DNA of 55,509 nt, the filler included, from Sphacelaria rigidula (lineage: Eukaryota), in assembly GCA_964200075.2 (NCBI GenBank). It is 4 parts of 4 records of this genome, joined end to end, with 100 filler letters (N's around TTAATTAATTAA, not from the genome) between each part and the next. Parts side by side here need not be neighbours in the genome. Positions count along the whole stretch, not along the records: positions 13,905 to 27,707 come from CAXNAA020002657.1; positions 27,808 to 41,609 come from CAXNAA020002658.1; 2 more parts are not named here. One strand, written 5' to 3'. Below the pieces are notes generated by a model. The model saw nothing but the letters and a program-made list of their open reading frames with translations. It was not told the origin of the DNA and ran no database searches. Made by a program: the position numbers and the translations under genes. This document shows, one piece after another, positions 24,901 through 35,661 of this stretch (positions are counted from its first letter, which is position 1; the number at the start of each line of letters is the position of its first letter).

Positions 24901-26618
24901 CTCTGTTGAATTCCAGCTGCAGCATGAAGGATGACCAGAAACAACAGGAGGAACTCAGAAATAACACTGTTGCAGGAAAAAAGAATTTCGCATGGTGCTG
25001 ACAATCACGACCGTAAAGTTACGTAGTCTTCTATGTTGTTCTGTTTGACTCTTTCTTTTTCCCTCTGTTCCTTCTTTTCTTCAGAGCGTATTTCAGTTTC
25101 GTTTTTCTTGGGTACGTCTATCATGACACCACGGCTGGACCCCTGGGGGGTCAGTTCAAGTGCGACAAGCAACCGATCAATCAATCATCAAAGTTGACCT
25201 GTCCAACGGTTTTGCTCACAACTCGACAGCCGCAATGCCTATGCGGGGGAGACTAGGTTTGTCTAAAAACAGGCCACAGCGATGCCGATCTGCAGCTTGC
25301 GCGAGCTGCTTACCCCGCTCGCTGTACACGGAGTTGGGATTTCTACCGGCGCCCGCGATTCCAAACAGGAGTCAACTTAAGGTGGAGGCTAAAACGGGTC
25401 AAATCAGTCACTAAACATCTCGTTGATGATCGTGCCTCAGATGCAGGGAGGGGCGAACTTGAGGGCTGGTCGGTCGAGTCCTCGGAACAAAAATAAAAAA
25501 GAAGGTAATGATCTGTACATCTATCTCGGTTTGAGCGGACGATCCTTTCGTTGGATCGCATAAGGTAATCTCACGCTCGGGTGATTAGGCGAGACCGGAC
25601 ATTTCAGATCCAGGTCACCTGACTCGGGAGTCAGCCTGAATGATTCTTGTCGGTCCTGCCAAAAGGCTCGACGCACCACTTCACGTTGCATTAAGAACTG
25701 ACAAGCGGGCAGACATTGAATACGCAAGGTAACTAACCCCTGTGCATTCGTTGCATGTACGACATATATATACCGTCGCTGTATGCCAATCAATAATGTT
25801 TGCACTTTGTCGTGTCCCGACTGCGTTGTCATCTCCCAACTCACGACGTAGTTGTTGGTGCGCATGGGCAGCACGCTGGCGGCGGCCAAGTAAGGGCGGT
25901 GGTCCAAGACGCCGGGGCCGATGTGCTTGTCGAACACGTCGCCGATGCGGCTCTTGGTGACGATGGTGTAATCGCGAGGTTGCACATCAAGGCCTGCGCG
26001 CGACGTGCAGTTACGTACGATTGCAGGGAAAGTTTCAATCAGTGCATTGCGGTGATCTCGAAAAATAGAGATAACTGGGCATCGCACGCACATGCTGGAT
26101 GATGGACGCAAGCAATGCCTCAGCTACATGTGCAGCCCGGGACAAACTTCAGTACACTCGAGTGCAACGTGCGCGAGCTCACGGAAACGACCGACCCACC
26201 GCCCGATCGACCCAAGTGAAACCGAAAACCACGCGCAACGACCAAGGCTATCTGCCGTTCGCCGAAGGTTTTCTTCGGGATAATACCGCCGTCTTTTCGT
26301 GTCCTCACCTAGCCACATCGGGTAGGTTTTCTGAGTGACGACGTCGGTGGTGGCTCCAGGCACGGTGCGCTCGTGGGGTCTAGGCATGAAGTCGCTAAGA
26401 ACTTTTTTCTTCCGCTCGAGGGGCTGCGAAGGAAGAAGGCCGTTCGTCGGACGGCGCGTGACATCGCCGTTGACCGGAGGAACTTCTTCGACGTCTGAGG
26501 AAGGCATGCCGGATGGGACAGCGGAGGCCATGCTACGCCGAAGTGATGCTGGAGAAATGCCGCCGACGGAGAGCGGCTTGCTGCAGGCTTTCTTCAACAT
26601 GACTGCGGTGATCTTCAT
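16442..26618 (-). CDS. kamA: KamA-family radical SAM protein (lysine 2,3-aminomutase-like), 9 exons, 620 aa
   Basis: Exons 26618-26309, 25993-25845, 20020-19919, 19582-19454, 19133-18955, 18463-18181, 17796-17617, 17259-17051 and 16763-16442 join through GT-AG introns with matching phases into 1863 nt. Motifs: LNPHPAGQ, GMQHKYRETVLFFP, CHSFCTYC (CxxxCxxC), LFTGGDPM, IRFGTK, AHFSHP, PYYMFV, RGPSMSAAPGK. Confidence 0.93.
17051..17259 (-). CDS. kamA: KamA-like exon 8 (probable PLP-binding lysine)
   Basis: CAG|VPLAKAYEIY...VRGPSMSAAPGKVQV...FFA AA|GTGAGT. Confidence 0.95.
17617..17796 (-). CDS. kamA: KamA-like exon 7
   Basis: CAG|EAIRRIRSTGANVRTQAPLINHVN...PYYMFVERDTGARRYFE|GTGCGT. Confidence 0.95.
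18181..18463 (-). CDS. kamA: KamA-like exon 6
   Basis: CAG|G DVSDLLFTGGDPMVM...IRFGTKAVAYWPYRF...AHFSHPNELSGPVPQ|GTGAGA. Confidence 0.95.
18955..19133 (-). CDS. kamA: KamA-like exon 5 (4Fe-4S CxxxCxxC motif)
   Basis: CAG|VKGMQHKYRETVLFFPTEAQYCHSFCTYCFRWAQF...AN AG|GTAGGT. Confidence 0.95.
19454..19582 (-). CDS. kamA: KamA-like exon 4
   Basis: CAG|LSILDD...IRAGLNPHPAGQKTLNVPSHAGEE|GTTTGT. Confidence 0.9.
19919..20020 (-). CDS. kamA: KamA-like exon 3 (not in the supplied ORF track)
   Basis: CAG|VEDLIDWQKVPDDPMFQLVFPQPGMLSPADLQRS|GTGAGT. Confidence 0.92.
20369..20463 (+). mobile_element. Retroposon (LINE/SINE) 3'-end fragment
   Basis: GGGTACG...GACCACGACTGGACCCCTGGGGGATCAG...(TCAA)-like tail. 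Homologous to 25040-25191 and 37180-37303. Confidence 0.6.
21901..21956. repeat. (GT)28 microsatellite
   Basis: Perfect dinucleotide run. Confidence 0.98.
22700..22848 (+). mobile_element. Probable retroposon 3' end with (AAT)n tail
   Basis: TACGTCTGTGACCACGGGTTCCAG...GTGCGGAAATAATAATAATAATAAAA. Shares the TACGTC..GACCACGG..GTGCG layout of the other tails. Confidence 0.45.
25040..25191 (+). mobile_element. Retroposon 3'-end fragment with (ATCA)n tail
   Basis: Pyrimidine-rich tract, then GGGTACGTCTATCATGACACCACGGCTGGACCCCTGGGGGGTCAGTTCAAGTGCGACAA...ATCAATCAATCATCA. Confidence 0.7.
25845..25993 (-). CDS. kamA: KamA-like exon 2
   Basis: CAG|GC CTT GAT ... AASVLPMRTNNYV|GTGAGT. Confidence 0.88.
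26309..26618 (-). CDS. kamA: KamA-like exon 1 (N-terminal extension, probable mitochondrial presequence)
   Basis: MKITAVMLKKACSKPLSVGGISPASLRRSMAS... has no acidic residue in the first ~40 aa. Donor G|GTGAGG, phase 1, matches exon 2. Confidence 0.75.
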
Positions 26619-26685
26619 CGTAGTTGGTAGTTGTCGTGACGCTATCCAAGAGGAACATGCAAATGCGGGCAAGGAGACGACGAGG

Positions 26686-26793
26686 AGGGGGTGTACTCAT
26701 GATCATGATCATGCATGCCATAGTCATCAGACCATTGACCTTGCATCCCTACAAAGCCGGGACGGAGCACGCCGGGTTTTCGCCGGACCAGGC
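26686..26793. repeat. ~105-bp dispersed repeat just upstream of the kamA-like start; second copy at 51245-51347
   Basis: Shared ATAGTCAT(C/A)AGACC(A/G)TTGACCT...CCCTACAAAGCCGGGACGGAGC(A/G)CGCC...TTTTCGCCGGACCA. Confidence 0.8.
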
Positions 26794-27137
26794 TCGCACT
26801 CAATCACCGAATCACCAATCACCAGGGGGGGGGGGGGAGCGTGTTGGGTTAGTCACGGTCCGTTCGGGGATGTTCCAGGTGACAAACAGTCTCACGATCG
26901 TACGACATAACAATATGATGGACTCCGCGCGCAATAGTATAAACGCATTGATGAAAAGAGTGAGAATAAAAATGGCGTACACAGGAACAAGAGGAACGGG
27001 AGGGTAATAAAAAGCGCGAAGGACCAAAGTGTGTCTGTACATCAGTACCTGTTTCAGCCCAAAACAGGAAAAGCGTCCAAGTTGAATCCCTCTCAAATAG
27101 GGGCATACTTTAAGTGCTGATGTACCTACTTTTCTCT

Positions 27138-27139
<2 letters not shown>

Positions 27140-27194
<55 letters not shown>

Positions 27195-27306
27195 NNNNNN
27201 NNNNCTACCAGCCCCCCCCCCCCTGGAGGCGCGCTAACTTGCTGTTGGTCTCTCCGTTCTTTCCCCCCCCCCCCCCCCCCCCCGCCCCCGCCCCCGCTCC
27301 CCTCCC
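27140..27306. repeat. Poly-C tracts around a small assembly gap
   Basis: Runs of more than 50 C and ~22 C flanking N10. Confidence 0.9.
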
Positions 27307-27640
27307 CTGAAGTAGAGATCGCTGTGGTCAAGAAGAATCCGGGGGTTGATTTCCCGAAGAAAGAAAAAAATGATCCTGAGGTTCTTGAAATCTGTCACAA
27401 GGCGAGAAACAACAGCCAACCAATAGGCAGATCAAGCGTCGAAAGAACCGAGCGGACGAGGTAGCGCTAGTGCTGCTGCACCCGCCAGGTGCCTTGAAGA
27501 CGGGGCAGTAGGAGAATAGTCTGCTGATATTAATATTCCCACCATCACTAAGGGTGAAAAGTATGTGAGCAATCGGTTCATGGCGCTTCCGTGGGCGTCC
27601 CATGTATGTATGACGCCGATCACGTCATTGTACACGTGCA

Positions 27641-27707
27641 CGATCGCCGAAATACCCCGAAATTGGATTTTCCCGTAGGACCCCAACATTTCGGTTATTG
27701 ATATCCA
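27641..27707. mobile_element. Truncated copy of the foldback element at the scaffold end
   Basis: GATCGCCGAAATACCCCGA...GGACCCCAACATTTCGGT matches 34853-34915. Confidence 0.65.
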
Positions 27708-27807
27708 NNNNNNNNNNNNNNNNNNNNNNNNNNNNNNNNNNNNNNNNNNNNTTAATTAATTAANNNNNNNNNNNNNNNNNNNNNNNNNNNNNNNNNNNNN
27801 NNNNNNN
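27708..27807. other. Artificial scaffold linker
   Basis: N44-TTAATTAATTAA-N44. Confidence 0.98.
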
Positions 27808-28151
27808 GGCTATACCCCACCCTTTCTCTTTGGGCCAATTTTTTACTGAGGTTTTCTCTCCTTGGGGTCAATTTAGTCGCTGGAATGACAAGTAAGCGCT
27901 GACTGGTCAGTAGTCTAGTTGGTTGTCTCTTAAACCGTCACAGATCACAGTCGATTTATACACACAATATCTAGGGAATTGGGTATCAAATTTTCTGGCG
28001 TCGCGTCAGCGGCGAGAACCCCCTCCCCTTAGAGCGCAAAACACCTCATTTTTGCACCTTTGGGTTTACTGCGGCTCAGTGTCACGCTCAAAAGAAAACG
28101 TGGGATGAGTTGACCTAGCAGGGCGCCAAGAGCGACATGTACTTTAGATTA

Positions 28152-29350
28152 CGTGCTGGGCCAGCCTAAAAACGGATTTGAGCTTTAAGAGCAATATTTC
28201 ATCGTCACAGACGAGTTGAGCCGTGATCCGCATATCATATCAATCGTCTAATCAAGGCAGAAGGGAAAAGTGCCCATCTGCTCAAAAATCTGGGCCAGTA
28301 TTTTCTCGTGGATTAAAGCCCATGTCTAGAAATTCCTATACCGCACGGAGATAGCGTCCACACTAAAATCTATATGATACCCCGAACGATACACTCAGCG
28401 GATGATGACGATTTTTGGGTATGAGTCTTCCCTAGAGCACGGGAAGACTGTAGATACCCTCACCTTCACCTAATTGTTAATCCATCTCAAGATATGGCGC
28501 ACATAAGGTTCCGTGTACTAAAATCAATATATCACGAGCAGAGGCCCAAGATGCCTTAAATCTGGATATCGCGTCTCAGTTTTTGAGAGTTGTGCTGTGA
28601 AATTTCGTATGGAGAACCGCCAGTGCAACACAGCTGTTCACCTTTCTACATTCTTCTTCTATTTTTTTCGTTTTTTTAGTGGGGTTTTGAGGAGAAATGA
28701 ACTTTGCTTCTAGGCCTTGTCTCATTTTTTCAGCTCCATCTTTAGAACTGTGATTTGAAACTTAGCATGGGGAACCACGAAGGTGTGTCGAATAAAAAAA
28801 AATGGGCTTTCAATATTTTTTCTTCATGGAGGTTCGGGCGTTCTCGTGAAAAAATGGTCTTTACTATACTTAAGCTCCCTAAACCAGTGAAAAAAATCAA
28901 AACAAAAAACCTGACCCACTGAGTTTTGTTAATTATGCCTTAGCGAGGGCCTACGAAAAAAATTCAATACACGAAAACCAAACGTGGGCCGGTGAGTGGC
29001 CTGGGAAATACTGTTCCGAATTTATACCGACCCGGTTTTCAAAAGGCGAATACGTCGGTAAATGTTTAGATTTGTAACGTAAATATTGGTGCGGACAATG
29101 CCTCGGGCATAGAAAAGATATTACGAGTGTACCATTTGTTTTCTTTTCTTCCATTAGAAAGGGGCAATAATCAGTTTTCAGGTACCAGTAAAATGCCCTC
29201 AACTCATGGAATCAACGAAAAAAAATGGTACACTCGTTTTTTTTTTCTCACCTACGCGTTTTCCATACCGAATGTTACGCTCCTACTCTAAATATTGCTC
29301 AACGTATTCGCCTGCAAACTTCAAATCCGCCTCTAGGCTGGCCCAGCTCG
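28152..29350. mobile_element. Non-autonomous Tc1/mariner-type TIR element (~1.2 kb)
   Basis: TA|CGTGCTGGGCCAGCCTAAAAACGGATTTGA ... TCAAATCCGCCTCTAGGCTGGCCCAGCTCG|TA. AT-rich interior with no long ORF. Confidence 0.8.
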
Positions 29351-31523
29351 TACGCACTGACAATGTATAAACAGGACGGACGTTTTCGAGACAGAACCGA
29401 AGGCATGCGCGACGCTACTGGTCATGGTATCCAAATCTCCGCACTTTCTCGTTGTAGCATGCTGTCAGACACGCCTTTCACTGCAGATGCGTTGGTGTGT
29501 GGCGACCACAACTGCTGCTGTTCGTGTTCTTGTCTTGTTATCTTCGCAATGGTGGAAACGGGATGGCAGCTCGGGGGCGTGCGCTTCCCGAGTAGTACAG
29601 CAGCTCCACACTAGTGCACCAAGAGTTTCCACCCACCGATCTGGAGCGACTTATCCGGAGAAACAATCTCATCTCAACACCGAAAACTCACAGGCTTGAA
29701 GATATGTATCATGTTTTTAGTACATTTCATATGAGCCAGGTCGTCGTTGTTAGGTGACGCGTGTATTTTTATTTGATATGATTCGCCTGATTATGGTCCA
29801 GTTCTCACGCATATAGCGTTCGTGATCCATTTTCCCGATATATAGTTCCCAGAATCGGGCCCCAGTCCCACTCAAAACAGTAGTATAGTGCGGTGTTTCC
29901 GCAGACGAATTTCGGGTCAGGACTTAGACTTTGTAGTTCCCCCGAAGTCCGGAGTCAGTCCAAAGTCCGATACTTGCGTTTCGCTCGGTTTGGACATCTA
30001 ATAAGGGATGCTTTTGGCCAACAGGCGTAACATGTAACGTGTAACCGTCCTCCCGACAACACACACCACACCAGCCACGTCCCTGCTCGCGCAAACACCA
30101 GAGCACACGCCCAGAACACGGCGAATCAACGGATGATGGTGTGGCAGTGGTGCTCTTGAGAATTCAGTGCAGCAACATATGCCCAAAGAAATAGTATGTT
30201 GAGCACAACGTGACACAGACAGCGATCGACATGACATATCTGGTTGCAGAAGTCGTTGCAGACCAGGAGATCATTTTGATCACAAGTCACATATCACAGG
30301 CTCAAACAACGTACGTTTTACTCGTGGCCTGTCTTTGCCGCCTGCCTGAGTCCTTTTGTGTTGCCAACATAGCTTCACGATGTAGTGTTGTTCTGGAACA
30401 CTAAGCAGAGACAATAGTAGTGTGCAGTAGATCATGTTCAGCGCAGAACGATGCACGCTCACTGTCTCTTGCCGCTGAGTCCAGCGAAGATATCCAACAT
30501 ACAAGAATCTGATAGATACGGACTTTGTTCGCACTTGACTGCGGGTGGGTGTAAACTCGTGAGGGTTTCTCCTGTAGTATTTTTTCTATATTTGCGGAGC
30601 ATCCAGGTAAACTCTAGGTTACAGACAGTACGTCGTATGTAAGTTGTATTATCTATGCCCAGTCCCAAACCGAGTACAGTATGCTTCCTCGACAGGGCGA
30701 TAAATGCTTTGATCCCACCCCAATTCTGTGCAGACTGAAAGGCAGCATGCCGCACTACAACTGTTCAGGCACTCTCCAGCGCACATCGCACCGTGATCGT
30801 CGTAGAGTGTTGGTGTGATATGCACAACAGGACAGCGACAATCACAGCATAGACATGATGGGTGTGGGGAGCGCCTTGTTCGTTAAACTCGAGGCGAAAT
30901 AGCCAACACGCTACGAAGGTGTCAAAAGTGTCTAGAGAGCGCTGCGTGCCGACAGCTTTATTTTTCGAAGCAAACGCCATGACAGTAATATAGCAACTCA
31001 GGCAGTCAGTCCCAGCGGGGACCAAAACGTCTTCAAACGGCCTGGAGACACAGAGACAGCTATAGCACAAGAGACAGCGCACGAGTGTGTTTGTGCTGCG
31101 GCACAGCGATACAGGACATGTCCCATGCGATTGTTCTTCCCCTGATTTTGAATGGGCTCGATTTTGGCCGAGTGGTGGTTCTCAAACGCTGGGAAATTGT
31201 TGCGCTTCGCGCTAAAATTGATTTTACCTTGGGTTGTCTCCTTGCTTGCTGCTTCATCGACGACAAGCATAACCATAGCACAAGGGGATTTGCTGCATAA
31301 CAGTAGCACTACAGTAGTATGTACAGTTTTATAGCTGCCTTGCGGGGTCGGATGATCAACGGTACGGTAGCTCCCTTGCGGGATTGGATGATACACCATA
31401 ATTGCACTGCAAGTTGTCTGCTGTCTGCTGCGCGGTATCTGTATGTACAGTAGGTTCTAAAAAGCACAACACTGCAGGACTCCTGTGTTGTGTTCAGTGT
31501 AATACTCTGTACTGCTATATATG

Positions 31524-31970
31524 TACATGAATCATTTCACATTTTTCACCACTTTTGCCGAGTTTTTTCTGGCAGCAAGGCATTTTATCCCGCGCTTCCT
31601 TTTGCAGCGCACGCAGAAGGCGCAGCGGTACATTACCATTCAGGTTTGGGCGTCATCTGATACCTGTGGCGCGTGTTCTGGCCACCGAAAGTTGGTCAAA
31701 CTGGCTCTTTTTCGCGGGGTGTCGATCCCAAAGCACAAAACCCTTGAGGTTATGGAGAACTTCAAAAAGGAACCAGAACCACACAAGCCTGTTCGTGGCG
31801 GGGTATTTCTTTGCGTTCTCGTTAATTTGGGAGCACGAAGTCAGCGGTGAAGTAACGAGTATCACGAGAACATGAGAGCAAAGCAGTTGGGAACAATTGA
31901 ACATTGCCTTCACCTTAGTCACCAGCAAACACAAGACCGTGCAATGAGCCGTTGGCGAGTTGAACAAGGC
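31524..31970. repeat. Dispersed repeat (probable transposon end), uninterrupted copy
   Basis: Colinear with 34487-35690 once two insertions are removed from that copy. Confidence 0.8.
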
Positions 31971-34627
31971 ACACACGTGGGCAAACGACCCCACTGGGGG
32001 TCACCTGTGTTGGAACAGCACAGCTGGATGCCGAACTCCCTGTGATCATGCAACCTGTAAGAGAGAGTTCCCTCACAGGATGCACCTGTGAAGTACCGGC
32101 GCAGGGATTTGCTTGTGACAGGGATGACAGAGATATCCTTGTGACAGGGATGCATCCCTACGCAGGTACTTCACAGAGGGGACCTAAAGAAATGTACGTG
32201 AACAATGGTTGGTACTATGGAGATGCCGTCAACCCTATCGCTAACACCGACCAAGGCATAACGAGAACCCTCGGGCAAGGGGGGTGCAGAATGTTTCTGA
32301 AGTCAAGCATGCGTTGCAAGAGCTCAAATTGACGTCTTCGAGCCGATTTTGGACCAAAACACGTTCAGGACGAGCTGGGTCTACTGCTCACCACTGCTCA
32401 CCTGCCCCAAACCATGATTTTTTTTCAGATTTTTATTCAATCTGAAATCAAGTGCAATCGAGTATAAATTGTTGTTTGCGTATATTTCTTTAGATCTACC
32501 AGACTGGTAGTTTCCGTGAAATTTAGAGTAGAGCGCGGATTGAGAGTTGCTTTGATCATTCGCTTGAACTAAGCCAATATTTCATTCCGTGTGTGCTCTT
32601 CTTTTCCTTCATCACTGCCGTGTGCTTACAGCTACACGTCGATACCCTACTCAGGGGTATCAAGCGCCTAGAGAAAGAACATCGGGCCTGGTGGAGGGGC
32701 ATTTCGGCACTAAAACGACTCATTCACTGATCGAACGCTGTTCATCTACAATCGTATTCTCTTCTCTCAATCTCACGAAAACATTGTTTGGTGTTGCGCC
32801 AAAAAAAATAGTCAAATGTGTGCCGAATTTCGCACACAAGAGTCATCGCAAAAATTATCAGCTGGAATCATCCGCAAAGTAGGTGTAGTCCACACGAGCG
32901 AGGTGCCCCAGAAGGAGGACCTACGGCCCAACACGCGGCATATCTGGAAAGCTATGTTCAAGGCCGGGTTGTCGGCACAAATTGCAGGCTGAGAACGTCA
33001 TCATGTTCCGCATTGAGTAGTATGCATGATGTTGCTCGGTACGGGTGCCTTGTTGGCCCCATGGTACGACGATAGGTGGCGACCAGCAGCGCATCACCGC
33101 ACGCCTAGGACGTTGTTTATGGAGTGTGCGATCAGCCTTGAAAATAAGCATCCCAATTGCTTTTTTTCGAAGAAACCGAGAACGGCACGATCGTTTGCAC
33201 CGATGTCTGGCGGCGCAGCTGATGGATTCAAATTTGAAAACCCCGTCATGACCAACATAAAGTGCAGCATAATCTGTGATAAGCTGATGCAGTGTATGGT
33301 CTACAGACAGTACCCGTCCCGAAATACTGCGTAACTGCGTCACCGCATCTGATATGCGGCGTAACCAGGGCGTAATCGCACCTCATATTTATTTAGATAC
33401 GTTCCTAAGGTAAACTGCCAATTTCCAGTGCAACTTTGCTTGTGGGTTTCTCGCCTGCGACAGCGCGTCTGATGATGAAACTTTGCACACTAGTTACAGA
33501 CAACACAGACAGCATATGCGCGAAGCATCCGCACCATTCGGCTCGATACGTTCCCACAACATAGCCACGAGCGATCTCGGGGAATATCGTCCATGCGCCC
33601 TCAATACAGCAGCCCAGACTTTGCGCACTACAGGCGAATGCATATATCCACGCGCAGAAGCATTAACTTAGACATGTTGAGCGGCTGGGCGTCCGATGCG
33701 GTAGCAAACTGGCACCGGTCTGTACTTCAGCCTTTTCTGGGTATGAAAATCTGTAGTGTACCGATCGGCATACAGTCTGTAGAGCTGCGCAATTAATGAC
33801 GCACGGCCCTACGCGCGCTGCAGCCGCTGAGAGGCGCTGAAACTTCGCTCATAGGCTGTGCAAACCACAGTCAACAGTTCCAAGTCCCTGTATCTGGCGC
33901 TGTGCGCTGCAGCAGTGCGCATGAGAGGGAAAATCGGTCAGATTCTATTCGATTTTTTTTTTTGGCTCAACACTGACTTCACAGGACCGGGACGTCACAG
34001 GTGAATCCCTGTGAGTTAACCCGCTTCTTCGGTAAGCATATACACAGCAGTGCAACTGTGGAGTAACTGTGCAGGGATGTCCCTGGGGGCACTCGACAAG
34101 TATAATCGCACACATGAGGAATACAGTAGTTGGGATCCATACATGTGCGCAGTCTAATGAGCACACAAGACAGGTTGTGATCCTACATGTATAAATTATG
34201 CTATATACTACAGACAGTATATTGCGTTCCCATGCAGCGGGCTTGCATTCTAGAAGTCTACATACTACAGTGGAAAATGCGGGTGTATAATATAATAAGT
34301 GAATCGCGGCCAGAGGTGTCTATTCGAAGTCGTCACCTGTGTAATTGGAGGCTCCCTCATCAGTTGCGTTCGTCTGTTTACGTTTGTTTATTGCCGCGGA
34401 GGGCGATATATACCTGCTCGATCGTTGCGGACAAAGCGATGACTCGCGGGCGTTCTTTTCTCTTCATTCAACCAATGTATATTTGGTACAATGTATTATT
34501 TCACATATTTCACCACTTTTGCAGAGTTTTCTCTGGCGGCAAGGCATTGTTGCACACGATTCCCTTTGCAGCGCACTGATAAGGCTCGGCGGTACATTAC
34601 CGTTCAGGTTTCGGCGTCATCTAAGCA

Positions 34628-35069
34628 ACAGCCAATCATCGAAAACGAGGATGGAGCTTTTCATCGAGGATGAAAGCCCGGAGGTTTCAAATCTTCATAT
34701 CCACATCAAATCTGCGAAATATGGTTCCATTCTTTCACCTCCTGGTAGGTATGGACAATCGCTACAAGCCCTCCAAGTTTGGATTTCGATAACCGAAATG
34801 TTTGGGTCCTAGATGAAGAAACAACTTTGGGGAAATTAGGTGATCCGATTGGATCGCCGAAATTCCCCGAGATTGATTTTTCCCCTGGAACCCCAACATT
34901 TCGGTGATCGAAATCCAAATTGTGATGACGTATAGTAGTTGTCAATGCTCACCAGGAGGTGAAAGAATTGAACATTATTTCGAAGATTTGGTGTGGATAC
35001 GAAGATTTTAATCCTCCGGGTTCTCATCTCCCGTGAAAATGTCCATCCTCAATTTTGATGATGAGCTGT
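34628..35069. mobile_element. ~442-bp palindromic foldback element, copy 3
   Basis: ACAGCCAATCATCGAAAACGAGGATGG ... CCATCCTCAATTTTGATGATGAGCTGT. Interrupts GGCGTCATCT|GATACCTGTGG, which is intact at 31649-31669. Confidence 0.88.
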
Positions 35070-35405
35070 TTGATACCTGTGGCGCGTGTTCTGGCCACCG
35101 AAAGTCGATCAAACCGGCTCTCTTTCGCGGGGTGTCGATCCCAAACCACAAAACTCTCGTCAAGATGATGGAAACCTTCAAACGAGAACCTGAACCACAA
35201 ACACCTGTTGAAGATCATGCCAAACGTGGAACAGGATCACTTTTTGCGGAGTATTTTTCCCCCGTGGTTCTCTGTGTCGCGTTCTCGTTCATTTGGGGGC
35301 ACGAACACACCGGTTATGCCGCCAATGTCAAGTGAGCACGAGAGCAAGACTGTTGAAAACAATCCAACATTGCCTTGGCCTTAGTCAGCAGCAAACACAA
35401 GATCG

Positions 35406-35661
35406 CGCGAAACTTGCCAAGATAGCCCCCCCCCAAAAAAGTGCCTAGTTTCGGGAGGGAAAATCTTTACGTAATTCGAAATGGAAAACGCCGAGCACAA
35501 CGAGCAGCTGGGCATTCCCACGCTTGAGTCCGTCCTCGCGAATGTCGCCCGTATGAGGCGCTTCATGCAGCCTGAACCTAGCATCAGGCGCTATCTGTCC
35601 ATTTTTTCGTCAGACGTTTGTGCTGCTTTGGAGGCAGGGAGCTATCGTAAAAAGTGTCGTG
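35406..35661. mobile_element. Small (~255 bp) element with imperfect TIRs
   Basis: CGCGAAACTTGCCAAGATAGCCCCC and GGGAGCTATCGTAAAAAGTGTCGTG. Absent from the paralogous site at ~31938. Confidence 0.55.

Noticed and set aside
24650-24967. Additional FNIP relics here and at ~37860-38050 (WPPNLQ)
   Set aside because: Only isolated motif-like words with no 66-bp periodicity, too weak to call.
16442-26618. Bacterial contamination as the source of the kamA-like gene
   Set aside because: It has eight canonical spliceosomal introns, and host repeat families lie inside and beside the gene.
27110-27464. Poly-Pro / poly-Gly ORFs and the (CV)n/(TH)n ORFs at 21738-21990
   Set aside because: These are translations of homopolymer and microsatellite tracts, one spanning an N gap.
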